A DNA stretch of 64,000 bases from NCBI GenBank assembly GCA_051362555.1, contig CM120643.1, positions 26,106,848 to 26,170,847 of the forward strand. Direction: 5' to 3'. Positions 37,405 to 50,940 of the stretch are shown here, in pieces. Position 1 is the stretch's first letter; each line of letters begins with the position of its first letter. A program made the position numbers and the translations under genes. The notes beneath the pieces are model-generated. The model had not been told where the DNA came from. It saw nothing but the letters and a program-made list of their open reading frames with translations, and ran no database searches. The DNA comes from Lingula anatina. Lineage: Eukaryota; Animalia; Brachiopoda.

Positions 37405-38452
37405 ATGGATCACTCCAGCTCGCAACTGGCAGAAATGGACGCTCGCAATAACATGGAGAAAATACAACCCAAAATTGAAATGATGGATTCAACGGAGGAG
37501 AAAAACTCCGGAGACGAAGCTCCCAGCACTACAACAGACATTAATGGACCAGCGTCCCCCAACAGCCAAAAAAAGAAGGGAGCTATGGGGGTCAGACGCT
37601 CGGAGAAGCCGCCTTATTCTTACATAGCACTGATCGTAATGGCCATCCAGGCCGCCCCTACCAAGCGCTGTACTCTGAGCGAGATCTACCAGTTTCTCCA
37701 GCAACGATTCCCGTTTTTCAGGGGCTCCTACCAAGGCTGGAAAAACTCAGTACGGCATAACCTGTCTCTGAACGAGTGCTTTATCAAGTTACCTAAAGGG
37801 CTAGGAAGGCCAGGCAAGGGGCATTATTGGACTATAGACCCGGCAGCTGAATTCATGTTCGAAGAGGGTTCGTTCCGTCGCCGTCCCCGAGGGTTTCGTC
37901 GTAAGTGCCAGGCACTGAAACCGTTCGGTTTCAACAGCATGGCCGGTTTGGGTGGACCATATGACATGCTTCACCATCAGAACCAAGGCATGCAGAACCA
38001 CATGAACATGGCGTGCGCCATGAACGCCATGAACACGTCGCACGCGCAATACGACGCCAACAGCATGATGAACATGAACTACGCCAACCACCACCAGCAA
38101 CAGTACTCCAGCAACGCCTGCATGGCCATGAGCCCCCACTACCCCTCAAACTACGCCACCACCGCCCCAGAGGCTCCATACGCTTCCATGGCAACGACAA
38201 GTAACTCAGTGTCTCCCCCGGGTGGTATGACGCCCGGGAACGTTTTTGACAGTCACAGCCACCACTCTGTCATGGGCAGCCCGTCCCTGTGGTCACAGAG
38301 GTACCCCATCAAGCAGCAGGCGCTCAGTCCCAGCGGCAGCACGGGGTCCATGCAGAGCCTCTCTCCCGTGGGCAGCGATACCAGTCTCTATGGCAAGGGC
38401 CCCATAACAAACGGAGAGGCTATGGATCTAGCCGTATCTGCAGCGGTCACAG
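37405..38452 (+). CDS. FoxF: Forkhead box protein F, exon 1 (forkhead domain)
   Basis: Kozak GCCATGG at 37405. The domain [19 protein letters not shown]...[65 protein letters not shown] is diagnostic of FoxF1/F2, and [10 protein letters not shown] corresponds to FOXF1 YIKQQPLSP. Donor ACAG|gtaaag, phase 1. Confidence 0.97.
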
Positions 38453-41400
38453 GTAAAGAAAACGTCTTTTTCTCAGCATCAGTAGGGTTGACATTTTAAG
38501 TGAAGTTATACACCACTGTAGGAATTTTCTGTTTATTTCACCTATTTTTTATTGAAATTAATATTATTTTCTTGAGCCTTTGTTTGCCGTGTGTAATAGA
38601 ACTGCGTCCTTTTATTACATTATTATTTTTAGTCAAAATCCATGATAATTAGTGGGGAAAACGCCTTCAAATATCTTTCATCTAAAATGTCAACCATGCA
38701 AACGTTGTATTATTCTTTGAAACTATTTTGTATATTGTACAGTATATTGTAGGCAGTGTATCGTACCTTGATCTTCTATTCATGTCTGGGTTTTTATATG
38801 TATCGAGAAGGCAAGCAACACTAAAACCTGTTTACTTCCCTAGAGCAACCTAAAAGATCTACATTTATAACGTGTAATTCACCTTCGGTCGGTTTTATAT
38901 CTAGGACAAAAACAAATCGGGGAATTCTCAAATTTTACACAGATTTTGTGTTGACATAAAAACTACAGGCTAATCCCGATCTTACACAAGATCGATTTGC
39001 AAACATGCTGTCGATTTTTTCCGGGTTACTGTAAGTTCGCTTCTATCCAATTATTGAAAAGGGAACTTAATCGCTAACTCTGACATTTTCACAAGAGAAG
39101 ATCGAGAGACAGAAGTAAATCGTAACTACCAACAACCACCCAAGTTTTAAATGTGCGAAATGTCAGTGAGGGATGTAGGGGCAAATCTCGTATTATCGGC
39201 TTATGAAATTGCGGTGGTTCGGGGTGCTTATGTTGCGACTCCAACGTTCAAGGATTTTCCATCAAAACTCAAAAGACAATTCCGATAATGAGTGGTATAA
39301 TGGTCAAGTTGGTGTGCTTTTGTTTTTTTATGAGTGGTCTAAAATTGAGTTTTTAAACTGAAAGTTGTCCGAAGTTTCAAATAGTTATACCCCCGCTTCC
39401 CTTAAAATTTTAATAAGACATGAATACAAAAGAAAACTGATATTAGGTAAAAAAAAATCCAATATTTCTGAAATGGATTTCTTTGAAAAGAAGTGAAAAA
39501 GGATCGACTAACATATATCCTTGTTTTCATACAAAATTTCTACAAAATGTTGAAATATTTAGGGCCTTTCACACTTTTAATGTACGGTGGAAATTATGAA
39601 GCATGTTAATAATTTTGTTACCATAATTTAAATCTTGTAAACACAGTAAACATCGTTTGATTTTGCTGTATATATAATATATTATATAATATTTATGAAT
39701 GAGCGTTTGAATTATCAATGAAAATTAACCAGATCTAAACATTATTGAGAGACTTGGTCAAAAAGTGACCAAAAATTGTTTGCAGAAAACTGTCACCACC
39801 AAACGGCGAGAAAACAGTGAATAAAAAACCTCTTACCGTGTACTTTTGGCGTTAGACGAATCCCTCCTACACGCGTAATACGGTATACAATTTACATTTC
39901 TTACTAATATTTAGGTGTTGGATTTTGAGAGTAAATACAGAGTCACCGAAGGCTCAACGTGGGTGGAGAAAGAGAAGAGGGCAAAAAGCGGAGAGAATTC
40001 CAACACTGGTAATGCTGTAACGCGTAGTAAATAAAACTCACACCGCAATCCCTGTAGTAAATGTTCGCCGTCGCCGGTTTACGGATCGTCCTTCAACGTT
40101 TATTTGAACAGGGATCCACTATAAACCGTCGAAATTTTTGTAATTCATATCTAAACTGTGTTAAGAAAATCATAAACATAGGCGCTGAACAGATAAACGG
40201 TTCTAATTAGGCATGTAAAACACTTGCTTCCAACCGAATGGCACACTTTGCCAGAGAACAGGCACACGCTGAACTGAATCTAAAATATATTTTTCCAAAA
40301 ATTTATATTTAAATGGTTTTTGTGTCCGATTTTTTTTTGTCGGGTAGAATGAACGTTTGTGACCAGATTTCGGTTTCTTTTCTTTGTTCGTATAGTGCTT
40401 AAGACTAAAATATCAAGTGATATTAACATTGTCTGTTAATTTAAGGAAGTTTTAATTAAAAGCGTTACACATTAAATTGTTATCAAGAAATAAAACCATT
40501 TTTCGCTAAAACAATTTAGAACTCACCGATTTATTACTTCTGCGTGCCTACCTTTAGCAAAAGTTTACTTTCCTGAATTTAATTATACTTAATCATCGGA
40601 ACAACTGCGTTAACAGGTTAGGGTCCGAAGATTAGAGTAACTCTTAGTTTGTTCACTAAATTTTGCTACACCGTGCCCAGCAAGACCTCTATTATCTTTT
40701 CTCATATCAGTGCGTATATTTAGCTTTCAGACGAAATCCCATAGTCCAAGCTTCCAGCTTTAGGCCCGGGTAGGGTTTTATTTCTCTTTCCTTTTCTCTC
40801 GAATCGCGAAGCAGACCTCGTATTAAAGAATTTGCTTCTTTTTTTTGCCTGATTTGCCGCAATAATCCGGTTCACGCCTTCGTACACGTTGCGGGTTAAC
40901 TTGCGTGTGGGGTCGCCGGGTGGAAGAAACGCGCTCACGCCCGTGGGGGATTTTTCGGCTCGATCCAGTGCTCGGATTGTTTCGTTGTCGTCAGGGTTTT
41001 GTAGCTAAGAAAATGGCCCCGAAGATTTTCCCGATAGATATGGCTTCGGCAACATTGCAAACTTGTTGTGTACATCTTAATCCTTGCAGGTTCAGTATTT
41101 CAATGTACTGAAATTAATATGAACAGACAGGTAGTTTGGGTGTTCGTCATCAGATAACTTGCTTGATTATCGTCAAAATTCGCCAGCATTTTTAATTCAA
41201 AATCAAAATGCAACTTCTGCTTTAAAAGATTAACGATTGCAAACATTTGCAATTTAATAAGAATATTATTTCTTCTATTAGTATTTATTTCTAAATAAGG
41301 ATAACCTTTATTAACCCGCTGTTGCTAAAACGCAGTAATGTGATTTCAGCCACATCTCACCGGCTGGAGACAGATGCACACATATATACACAGTTCGTGG

Positions 41401-44400
41401 CTCGATTTGGGTCCAGTTTTCTTTGGCAATTCGGTAGCCTTTGAACATTTCGTGCCTGAAAGACCCTGTTTTTGTAAGCTCAGCTTCGAGGCGTTAGTGC
41501 CGAAATATGTTCGTTTAGAAAAAGAAATGTTATCCTCTCGGCAGCTGTGGCAACGACCGTACCGCTCAAAGCTGTTGGCTTTTTTTCCAGCGCGTAAAGA
41601 AAAAAAAGAAGAAAATAGCGCGAGGACGTTTTAGCGAGCCACGTTTTAATAGAATCAGCAGGAATAAAAACGCTTGCACCGTTAAAGGGCGGAATCCCCA
41701 GCCGAGACATGGGTCGTTTTTATATCTTATCATAATACATTACTCCATTGGTTCATGGTATTTTTTGTAACGGAATGGGACTTTATTATGGGGAATGTTT
41801 TGCAGAAAAAAGGAGGGAAGGAAAGAGAGAATTACTCAACGGATAAATGATGTCTGATTGCATGAATGAATGAATCAGAGAAAGAGTCAGATAGTTTAAA
41901 AAAAATAACCCTTTATATTTTATAAATACCAGTACAGATTTCAAAAACAATTCTTCTTAACGAGCAACTATGCCAATATCATTACAACTCAAACACAAAC
42001 AACAACGGCAAATAAAAAACACTGAAAATTTTGTAAATTTGTTTCGAAATCTTTACCTATGAAAAGACCACCGGTGAAAAAATCGAGTGAAGTTCATCTC
42101 ACTAAGTGAAGGGCGGAGATCAGTTCATTTAATCCGGGATCATCAGCGCCAGAAATTACTTCTGGCTTCTTCAACGTTTTCTTCTCAGTTAATGGATCGG
42201 CTGCCCCTCGGGGTTTCCGCTTCGTTACCTAACCCGGTCCATAGCGTTCACTTTTACATGTTTTCATCTCTCTTATGTTTTTTTCTTTCTTTTGCCTTAA
42301 AGTAAGGAATAGCGATCCCAGAATAAACAGGTAAAATCTTATTTTCTTAAAGGATTTTAAGAGTAATAATAATTGGAGAAAAATTTTTTCGAAATTTTTA
42401 TTTAGCGATATTTAAGTAATAAACATAATTTGTGTTATGTCACAAATAACGTCACACAATAAAAATTGATTGATTATAAATTGAAGTGAAAGGCAATTTA
42501 TTACGACCAAAAGGCTGTGATACGGGTACGATATCTAATCTTAATATCTGAATGGTGACAGAATGTAAGCAAAAGAACAAACTATAAAATTAAAAGTCAT
42601 AGTGACATTTTATTAAACCGCGAAAACTTAAAACATTGCTTGAATTGTTTAGACCCAGTAAGCCAAAGAAGGAATGAAAGAGTTGGAAATAGAAAAAAAA
42701 ACAGAAAGGACTAGAGAGGTCTTCAAAAGCACCAGTGATGAAAAAGCATTCAAATAATTTTAAAGCAGTAGGACATCCGAATTCAGTAAATGTAATCACT
42801 TCTACATGTACCCCCCCCCACCCCCACCCCACCCCCGAATAACAGTCTAAATATTTTCATCGAGATTTGAGAAGAGAAGAACTTTTCGGATATGTTGTTT
42901 AGCAGCATACAGATAAAAACAAAGCCTCCCTCTACTGTGATAGTAAAAATGACGAGTGGTGCCTCAGAAAAAAATTTCCAGGACTTATCTCCGGGTTGTG
43001 TAACAGGAAGATGGGTCCCCGGCAGTCTGTCTTAGTGATGATATCGAGTGACCGGGTTTATTTAAATGCCTCTTGGAATAATAAATCGTTAAGATCAGAT
43101 TAAGACGAAAAGGTGGTCCTTGATCGTAAATTCTTCACTTATAATATTGGTAGTCCAGTTACGTCAGTTGCCTTCAAGGCTCCATTTTGTTTACAGTTTG
43201 TTTGAATCAGGAATAAGGGAACTAATGAATGTCGCTTATCTCTTCACTTTTACCTTTTTCATGATGGGTGGTTTTTCAAAATGAAGAATTATGACAAATC
43301 TGAACCTCAAGGTATTTAGAAAAATATTTCAGGAATTAGAGCGAGTGGCCTTTAATTCATGAAATGAAGTTCAGCAATGGGATCCGCCTCTGTTCATTTT
43401 GTATAAATGTGTGGTTGGTTATATACACACTGAAAGCAACAGGTTTCAAACATTTAATAAATCCATTTATTTATTTACATATTGATATAAATCTTTTTCA
43501 TGTAATGAAATATGTAATAAAGAAAATATAAATCACTTTTGCAGCACAAAACATAGGCCTTTATTCATATATATTGAAAAACAAGAAAAGCTGTTCCATA
43601 CATAAATTAGGGCCTACATTGAACAACTTTACACTGTGCATCATCACAAATCTGTTTTTATTTTTTTAATTAAATTTCAATATTTTGAATTAATTCTTCT
43701 TCTTCTATTTCTTTAATTTCTATTTTTGACAGTGAAAGGTTTTCTCTACATAAAAAGAGCCTTTAAGAATTATTAGGACACAAAGATCAACTCAAGTCTT
43801 AGCTGTGTATTTAGTGCCTGTTCCAAATAATTGAAATGGACAAGTAAATAGCGTGTAAAACGTTATGATAAGAAATGTGTATATTCTAATGCTATTATCT
43901 GATCGCTAGCTTATTCAATAGACATCAAGTGGAAAAAAGACTGATAATATGTGATTCAGTCACTGGATCTAGATCTTGACTTTTCCCAGACAAAGAAACC
44001 TTGCAAGGAAAATGCATTACGCCCTTCAATTAAACAATAATTGATTAATTGAAATTAAATCTCAAATTCCCTTTAAATGTTACACAATTTTGAGAATTCT
44101 GCGCCGACGCTGGTCTGTCTGACGCTGGACATCTTATCTTGGGGATATCTTGACCCAAGCTGCTATCTGCCCAATTTATCGTTGAGTAATTCATTTTCTC
44201 AGATTGCTAGAAATACAATCGCTGTTAGAAGACCAGAAAAGAATAAATATAGTGTCATATTCGTCTTGTGAATTAAGTTGTAACATTCCAAGTGTTATTG
44301 CATATATATACTTATAGAGAGAAGGAAAAATATATTTTGTCCATAAAGATATTTCTCATCCTGGCCATTGTGGCGGTATATGATAAAAATCTTGTATAAT

Positions 44401-45797
44401 TTCAGCTAAAAAACTCTATTTTTGCCAAATTCTACAACCAAAGTCTCTAATAAAAATTAAATATATTCTGAGTAGTTTTATTAGGAATACTGTGTTACCA
44501 CTTGTTTTGTTTAGTTTGAAAAAAAGTTGGTGAAATATTGAAGTGTTGGTCGTATATTGGTCTCACAGCGATTACAGCGGCACATAGCATAAATATTTTT
44601 GCAGAGTTAATCCAGAAGATAAATAGCTCCCCTTAATAAGTCCACCGTGTATTCAGCTGGCTGGCCGCTCCTATGGTCATCTTGACCAATTAGCTGAGAA
44701 AATACTGACCGAGAAGTGACCTAACTTGGGGTAATCTTTCTCACGTTATTTCTGATTCCACATACCTGTCTTCAGCCCAAACATTCCATAGCTTGTTTTT
44801 CTGCCTTGTTTTTGCAGGGCACCCCACAGCAGAACCAACCCTGAATATAACTCTAACAAAATGATTTTAATTAAATATTATATTTATTCATTTGTCTCTT
44901 TTTATTTTCATTTAATCTAGGACCCACTACTTAATTTTCATCATTTTTATGTACATACCCATGATTTTTGACACAGACACAAAAATGTAATATCTGATCT
45001 AGTATTTGTTTTGTTTTGTTTTTATTTATTCAAAGAAACATTTTTCTGCATATTTACCAAGTTGTTGAAAATGTTTCTGTAAACATAATCTGCTACCATA
45101 GTTACCTTTGTGAAAACTTATTTGATATTATTCGAGCTTTATTTATAAATAAGAGAGATTTATAATAATCTTAACAAGACTAATCACAAAATATTTGACT
45201 ATAATAAATATTAATTGATAAATTTTCAATATCTCGGCTATCATTTGAATAAAGAGCATATCGTTAGATCCTGTGATAAAGATTAATTCTCCTTCTGGGA
45301 TAGGCAAAGGACGGAAAAATAAATTGAATGAAAAAGGGAACCCTTTTTTTTTGTCAAGCACGTCTGAGATTAGAAAATAAAGTATAGATAATACAAAGAA
45401 ACAAGTAAGCAGACTTGCCGTTAATTTGTAATTTCAAGAAAATTTTCATGTAGGAAAGTATAACTGAAAGAAATCAACCAATAATTATAAATTGTTAATT
45501 CTATTTTTCAAAAATAACATATGTAAATCACAAACATGTAATTTCACACAGTATTTACGGTATCAGGATATTTGAGGGAATGCAAAGTTTTTTGACGATT
45601 AGATATACAACGACAGTGTAGCAGTACCGATGTGTCATCACTTTGTCATTTCACTGAAAATCTTTGATGGAAAAACAAAGCGGAGGTGAAAAACCGCATC
45701 AGTATCCCCCAAAACAGACCCATGGCGTCTCACCAGCATGTTCTCGTTGCCAACGAGGCGCGACCGCAGCATGCAGTGAACGCTTCCCGTCCACCAC

Positions 45798-46069
45798 GGG
45801 CATGTCTCACAACATCACTATAGCCCCGAAAATTGGTCTTAACTTTTAGACCAAAATTTTAGTCTAATTTGACCTAAAATTAATCATCAGTAGTCCAATT
45901 AAATGATATATTGCGCACGTTTTACAGCGAGAAAACATTGCAAGTGTTTCGAACTAAAAATTACTTAAAGTGAATATCTAAGGGTTTATTTAAACTTAAG
46001 TTGAATATATTTTTGGTCTTAAACTTGAGACCAGTTTTTGGTGAAAAGTTCTTTTGTGAGATCGGCCCC
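45798..46069. mobile_element. ~270-bp MITE with long imperfect TIRs (TTTAGACCAAAA family)
   Basis: GGGCATGTCTCACAACATCAC...AAAATTGGTCTTAACTTTTAGACCAAAA versus the reverse complement of the right end, GGGGCCGATCTCACAAAAGAAC...AAAACTGGTCTCAAGTTTAAGACCAAAA. Confidence 0.7.
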
Positions 46070-49000
46070 AACCCTCTTAGCGCAAAACCTCTCTCCGCCG
46101 TACAATTCAGTTAATTGATAATTTAATTTGAAAGGCTGGTAGGCCTCGTTATGTAACTAATGGATCTTAGGTGCCCGAGAGTTGAGCGTAGAGGGTAACC
46201 AAAACCGACAGCCTTCTCGGCAGAAGTCACATTTTATCATAAATCGTGTGCGGTAGATGTCCAAATTTATTTCACAACGCCGTGACAAACATTGGCCAGT
46301 GCGAGAACCGTGCTCTTCTTGCAGCGCCGCTGTAAGCGTTCGACTGCCGCAAGTTTAAATTGAGCAATTTGACTGTTTACTACTCAAGCGTGTGGACCCT
46401 GCCGGCTTGAATTAAGAAAACTAGTGTCAACTAGAGACTTACTACACGGCACAATTTCAAAGAGGCGAGATTTTTTCTCTTTGTATTCTTGAAGTAAATG
46501 AAAGAATAACTTCAGCGCAATGAAGTCTAATTAAGATATTTCGCATTAGGTTCTATGGTTTCCGCACAACAGTCCCAAAGCTGCGTTCGTTTTCTTGGTT
46601 CACATTCAATTACCGTTAAAACACAAAGATTTTGCTGCCCCGAATAAAACGTTCTCTTGCACTAATAAGTTACCAACATTTGTATTTAAAAATACCAGAA
46701 ATAGAAACGCCGTCGATTATTCAACTGCACGTCTGTACTGTGAAAACGCACGGTCATGTTAAAAATTGAATGAAGTATTTTTGGGAACATTTAATCCTAT
46801 CTCCCCCGCCGTCCCTTCCAGACTCAATTAATCAATTAAGAAGTGATCAGTAATTACTGTGTGAACTACGCTTTATAATCTGTAATAATTTTAAGATACT
46901 TAGGGCGGGAATCAGCGTTCCCAGTGGACAGATGCCAATATTCATCCGAGCAACTCTTGGCAACTGACGCTTATCCTTAACAATAATACCCAGTAGAAGT
47001 AAGGCACATCTTCAGCGAGCAAGACGAACGCTGCCTGTGGCATTAACCACTTTTTTCCTCAAACTGAAGAGCAAGCGCTCGAGTTACTATCGCCGCCGGG
47101 GCAGATATGCGTCGTTCAAAGAACGCTGAATGACTGTCATTCTCTTTAGATGTCTTAAGTTTTCTGAAATGAGGGCTTGTTTTAATCATCGGCGTTCCCC
47201 GGGTCCTGTTACGACTACCTGGACCACCCGTGAGCCGAGGAGACCAGTTCGCGGTGATCTAGACAGCCAAGAATGGCTTTATCCCAGAGATTAGTGTTGC
47301 CTGCCACTGGTAGTGTTGTAAGCTCCAGTCCTGCGAGGATACTGCTATGCTGCCATGATGTCATGTTATGTGGGAATCAAACTGCCACTTGTTATAATTC
47401 ACTGTGCCAGGTTGCGTAATTTTGAGTTCTCACGCCAGTTCGAAGGATTTTATTGTTCAACGATCGCTTTTTAAGAAAATGAATGAATAAATGATCCAAT
47501 ATAGAAGTACAAATATACAAGTAAACCGGAGAATATAGAACAAAAACCTGATTTCACACAGCCAAATTAAATAAATGCACGTTACTCTCGAACATCACAT
47601 GACCAGAGATCGACGTTGTTATCATGATTGAGGTTTTGCTCCAACTTGTTTTAGTTTTAAAAAACATAGGATGTAAACAAAGTACTGTTAAGCGCCATAT
47701 TTGTTCTATTGTCGGTTTGAAGAAACCTATAAAAATGCTAATTAGTTTTTTATATTTCTCCAAATAATTATAGGTTATATGAGCAACATATTTTTTAACC
47801 GTGAGGTATGCTCATTTGAGTTAGCAGCATTAAAGAAACGAAAACAAAGATTTGTACGAAAGATATGTAAAATTAAACACTTGTTTTGTTATTAGGTTAC
47901 CACTTGGGCCAAAGATCGTTTTCTTTCTCGGGAATGCATAGCCTTTCCTCCGATGTTTGGTAAATTTGATGTTGTTGAATTCTTAAACAAAAGCAAAAGT
48001 TATTTTCATGGTGAGGGCCTTTGGAAGATGGCCTGCGAAGTGAGCCATTCAAATGTTATCTTTAAGATGATACTGACAATATTCTACTTAAAATGCTCTT
48101 AAAAACTGGTTACCTAATTCTGGAACGCTGGCACATGGCAGATATGAAATATAGACGAATTTCAAAACGGTGACGTAATTCAGAAACGCTGGCAGATGGC
48201 CGTTATGAAATATAGGTGAAACGCTAGCCTTGTTTTTAAACAATTTCTTCCATGCGTGGGTGGAGGCTGTCAGTAATGGGCGGGTTATTTGCTCCTCATA
48301 AATTCGTCCGTGTCCATTTTGATAGGGGTGGCTGCCTCGAAATGTCATCACAGAATGGTTGAAAAAGTCGTTGAAAGACTGGTGAGGACCGGCTTGTGTC
48401 AAGTCGTAGAAAAACTCTCCTTCAGCTACAGTATACATATTTCTGGGCACAATAAAGAAATGTACAAGGCCCCAGAACCAAACTTAACCAAACCATATGG
48501 TATTTTTCAGCAGAAGTAATATTCACTGTGCTCAAAATCCATGTCTCTAAAGCATGACTTATACTAGGGCCCTGACCTGTAAAACAGATATGTGATAGTT
48601 CTCAGTGGCCGGAGACGATGACCATACCCCCCTGGTCAGTAGGTCTGACGACATTTTGTTTGAAATTTTACGGCAACATTTTTGTCAACATTTCTACGAT
48701 GATTTATGGATGACGACGTGCGGAAGGGTGAAAACACCACCGAGTGAAAGTAATGACAAAACTGTAATAGAATAGTTTCTACGTCTCTATATCCTCACTG
48801 TGAAGAAACCTTCATTGATTTTTACTTTAAAATAACGTGAATGCAGGTTTTAAAGTTGCTTCAAATTCTGTTTCAAATAAGGATAGATGTAAAGATGAAG
48901 TAATGTGAATCAGTTATAATATTAAAATATGTACATAATATTTCATGAAAGAGAAAAAAAAGATTAATGAATAGGAATCAACATAAAAAAATAAACAGTG

Positions 49001-49567
49001 CCAATTCTAAGCTTAGATTATCAAGCGAAATAGATACATTAATGTTAATAAAAACACATGTTATTCGAAAAATGTTTGTATAAAATACAATATATACAAA
49101 GATGAATATAAGTGTGCTGAATAATGACGGGAATACAGAAAAATCAAATTTTGATTTACAAATTGTGAAGACAGGGAAACTAAGCTGGGTCGGAAGTTTA
49201 AGATACTTATATGAATAACCTTTTGGAATAACTATACGAGAAGGGACAATCTGTTACCCATTTAGTACGTTTTTTGCGTGTTTTATAATATGTTTTCATT
49301 TATTTTCTTTATATTGTTCTGTCTGGCTTGCTTTTTCACGGCCTATATTGTACAAGCGCATCTGTTTCATGATAAATAAAAAAAAGATAAAACTGAACAT
49401 TTCTCATTTCTAAAGTAAGTAAAACTGTAAAATGCCTTCAGTTACGAAGTTTAAATCCTCCCCTCATTCTCTCTCTTTTTTTCTCTCTCTCTCTCTCTCA
49501 CAAGATATTGTAAATTAATTCAAAAGCATAAATCATATGAATAATTTTTCTCTCTCTTTCTTTCCAG

Positions 49568-49722
49568 GTATGCGACTCCAGACCAACCCCCAGAACGCTT
49601 TCCCTGGGATGCAGGACCGCAAACCCTACTTCCAACCCCCCACCGTCAACGCCGTCCCGTCCCCCCTTGCTCCGGGCTCCACGCTGCAGCATGGCGGATA
49701 TTATGACAAATGTATGATTTGA
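49568..49722 (+). CDS. FoxF: Forkhead box protein F, exon 2 (C-terminus)
   Basis: Long polypyrimidine tract ending tctttctttccAG. Phase 1 gives (G)MRLQTNPQNAFPGMQDRKPYFQPPTVNAVPSPLAPGSTLQHGGYYDKCMI*, resembling FOXF1 exon 2 (GIPRY...MCDRKEF...YQDIKPCVM). GC-rich codons against an AT-rich background. Confidence 0.88.
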
Positions 49723-50940
49723 TCCCCGGGGTCTACAGACTTTCTTTGATGATTAAAAAGCAGAGAAGTCGTGTGAATTGATTCTTCCACGGACGATTAT
49801 AAAAAACAACGGGCGGACGTTAGGTCGGGATGTTGCCTAGCAACCATAAAGCTAGTTTATGACAATGAAAGCAATGTGCAAAAGTATGATGATCTTGAGG
49901 GTGAATTGGACAAGAAATGATGGGCATTTGAGGAAGGTTACCTATGACCAACGTCGCGTTCTAAAAGTTCATGCCGTGCTGACGGAAGTCGAGGGAGATC
50001 GTTACGTAACACTGACGCACATACGGCGGAAGAGAGACCGTCCGGCCGAGGCAGGAGGCGAGAAAGAGACTTTCGTGCGGATGAGGCGTCTTCGCCCCAG
50101 AAATAAGTCCGCGGGCCGAAAACTGTGGCAAGGATAACAACGCACAGCTCGCTTGGATACATTTCCAAGAGAGTAAAACACAGGAGCGCAATAAGGAAAT
50201 GAATATCTTTGGAAATAAGACAGCCATTTTCCAAAACACTTCCAAAACTGTTCGAAAATTGACTAATTAATGAGGAAGCGGATGCAGGAATATTTTATAC
50301 GAAACTTTTATTATCCTTCTGTGAAATAGGACTGCGTTTTGTTTTAGATTACTGTAAAAAAAAACTTCACACCATTTGAGTTCTCGTTTTATGTTGTCTC
50401 GGTGTATCTGTTATTTAAAATAACACCAGTTTGTTAGATTAAAATGTAAAAAGGTATAATGTACCATAGTAGAGTGATATTTTATACTCAAGTTTGCGTG
50501 TGACATTTTTATTTAAAGTGTGTTTTTATAAAGTGTAATTTTCTATGTGCCAATGAGAAGAAGTCTCGGAGGAAAAGTAATAAAAAGCTGGCCTAAGTGC
50601 AAATATGACTTGCCAAAGATTTGAATGTATACACGATTAGAGTGTTACTTGGTTATTTCATGTAGAATTGACGAGGTAATAACGAGTGCTGCGTTCCCAG
50701 AGCGTCGTCTGCCTGCCAAACGTTGATGGAGTTGTGCGTAATGAAGATCATCGTCTGCTACGCCCCTGCAGATCACGAGTCGAACCTGTAGTGTAATTCG
50801 TATACTTACAAATGCATAGAAAATGTCATTAAATTGTTACTAGACTAAGCTCTATTTGCAGGGTGCGCGCCTAATGAACTTGCAAGTGTAAACCAAAAAC
50901 CCCAACACCAAAAAGATACATGTTCTTGAAAATAAACAGG
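49723..50940 (+). other. FoxF 3' UTR with candidate poly(A) signals
   Basis: Follows the TGA and becomes U-rich after ~50290. AATAAA at 50579-50584 and ~50931-50936. Confidence 0.5.

Noticed and set aside
37801-38204. Antisense and alternative-frame ORFs overlapping FoxF
   Set aside because: These are shadows of GC3-rich FoxF codon usage with no independent signals.
37375-38499. 374-aa ORF taken as the complete FoxF protein
   Set aside because: It starts at a GTG and runs through a donor at 38453. The real start is probably the ATG at 37405, and the conserved C-terminus is in exon 49568-49722.
49705-49722. FoxF C-terminus DKCMI as a CaaX prenylation signal
   Set aside because: The Cys is third, not fourth, from the end. 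It matches the FOXF1 KPCVM-type ending.
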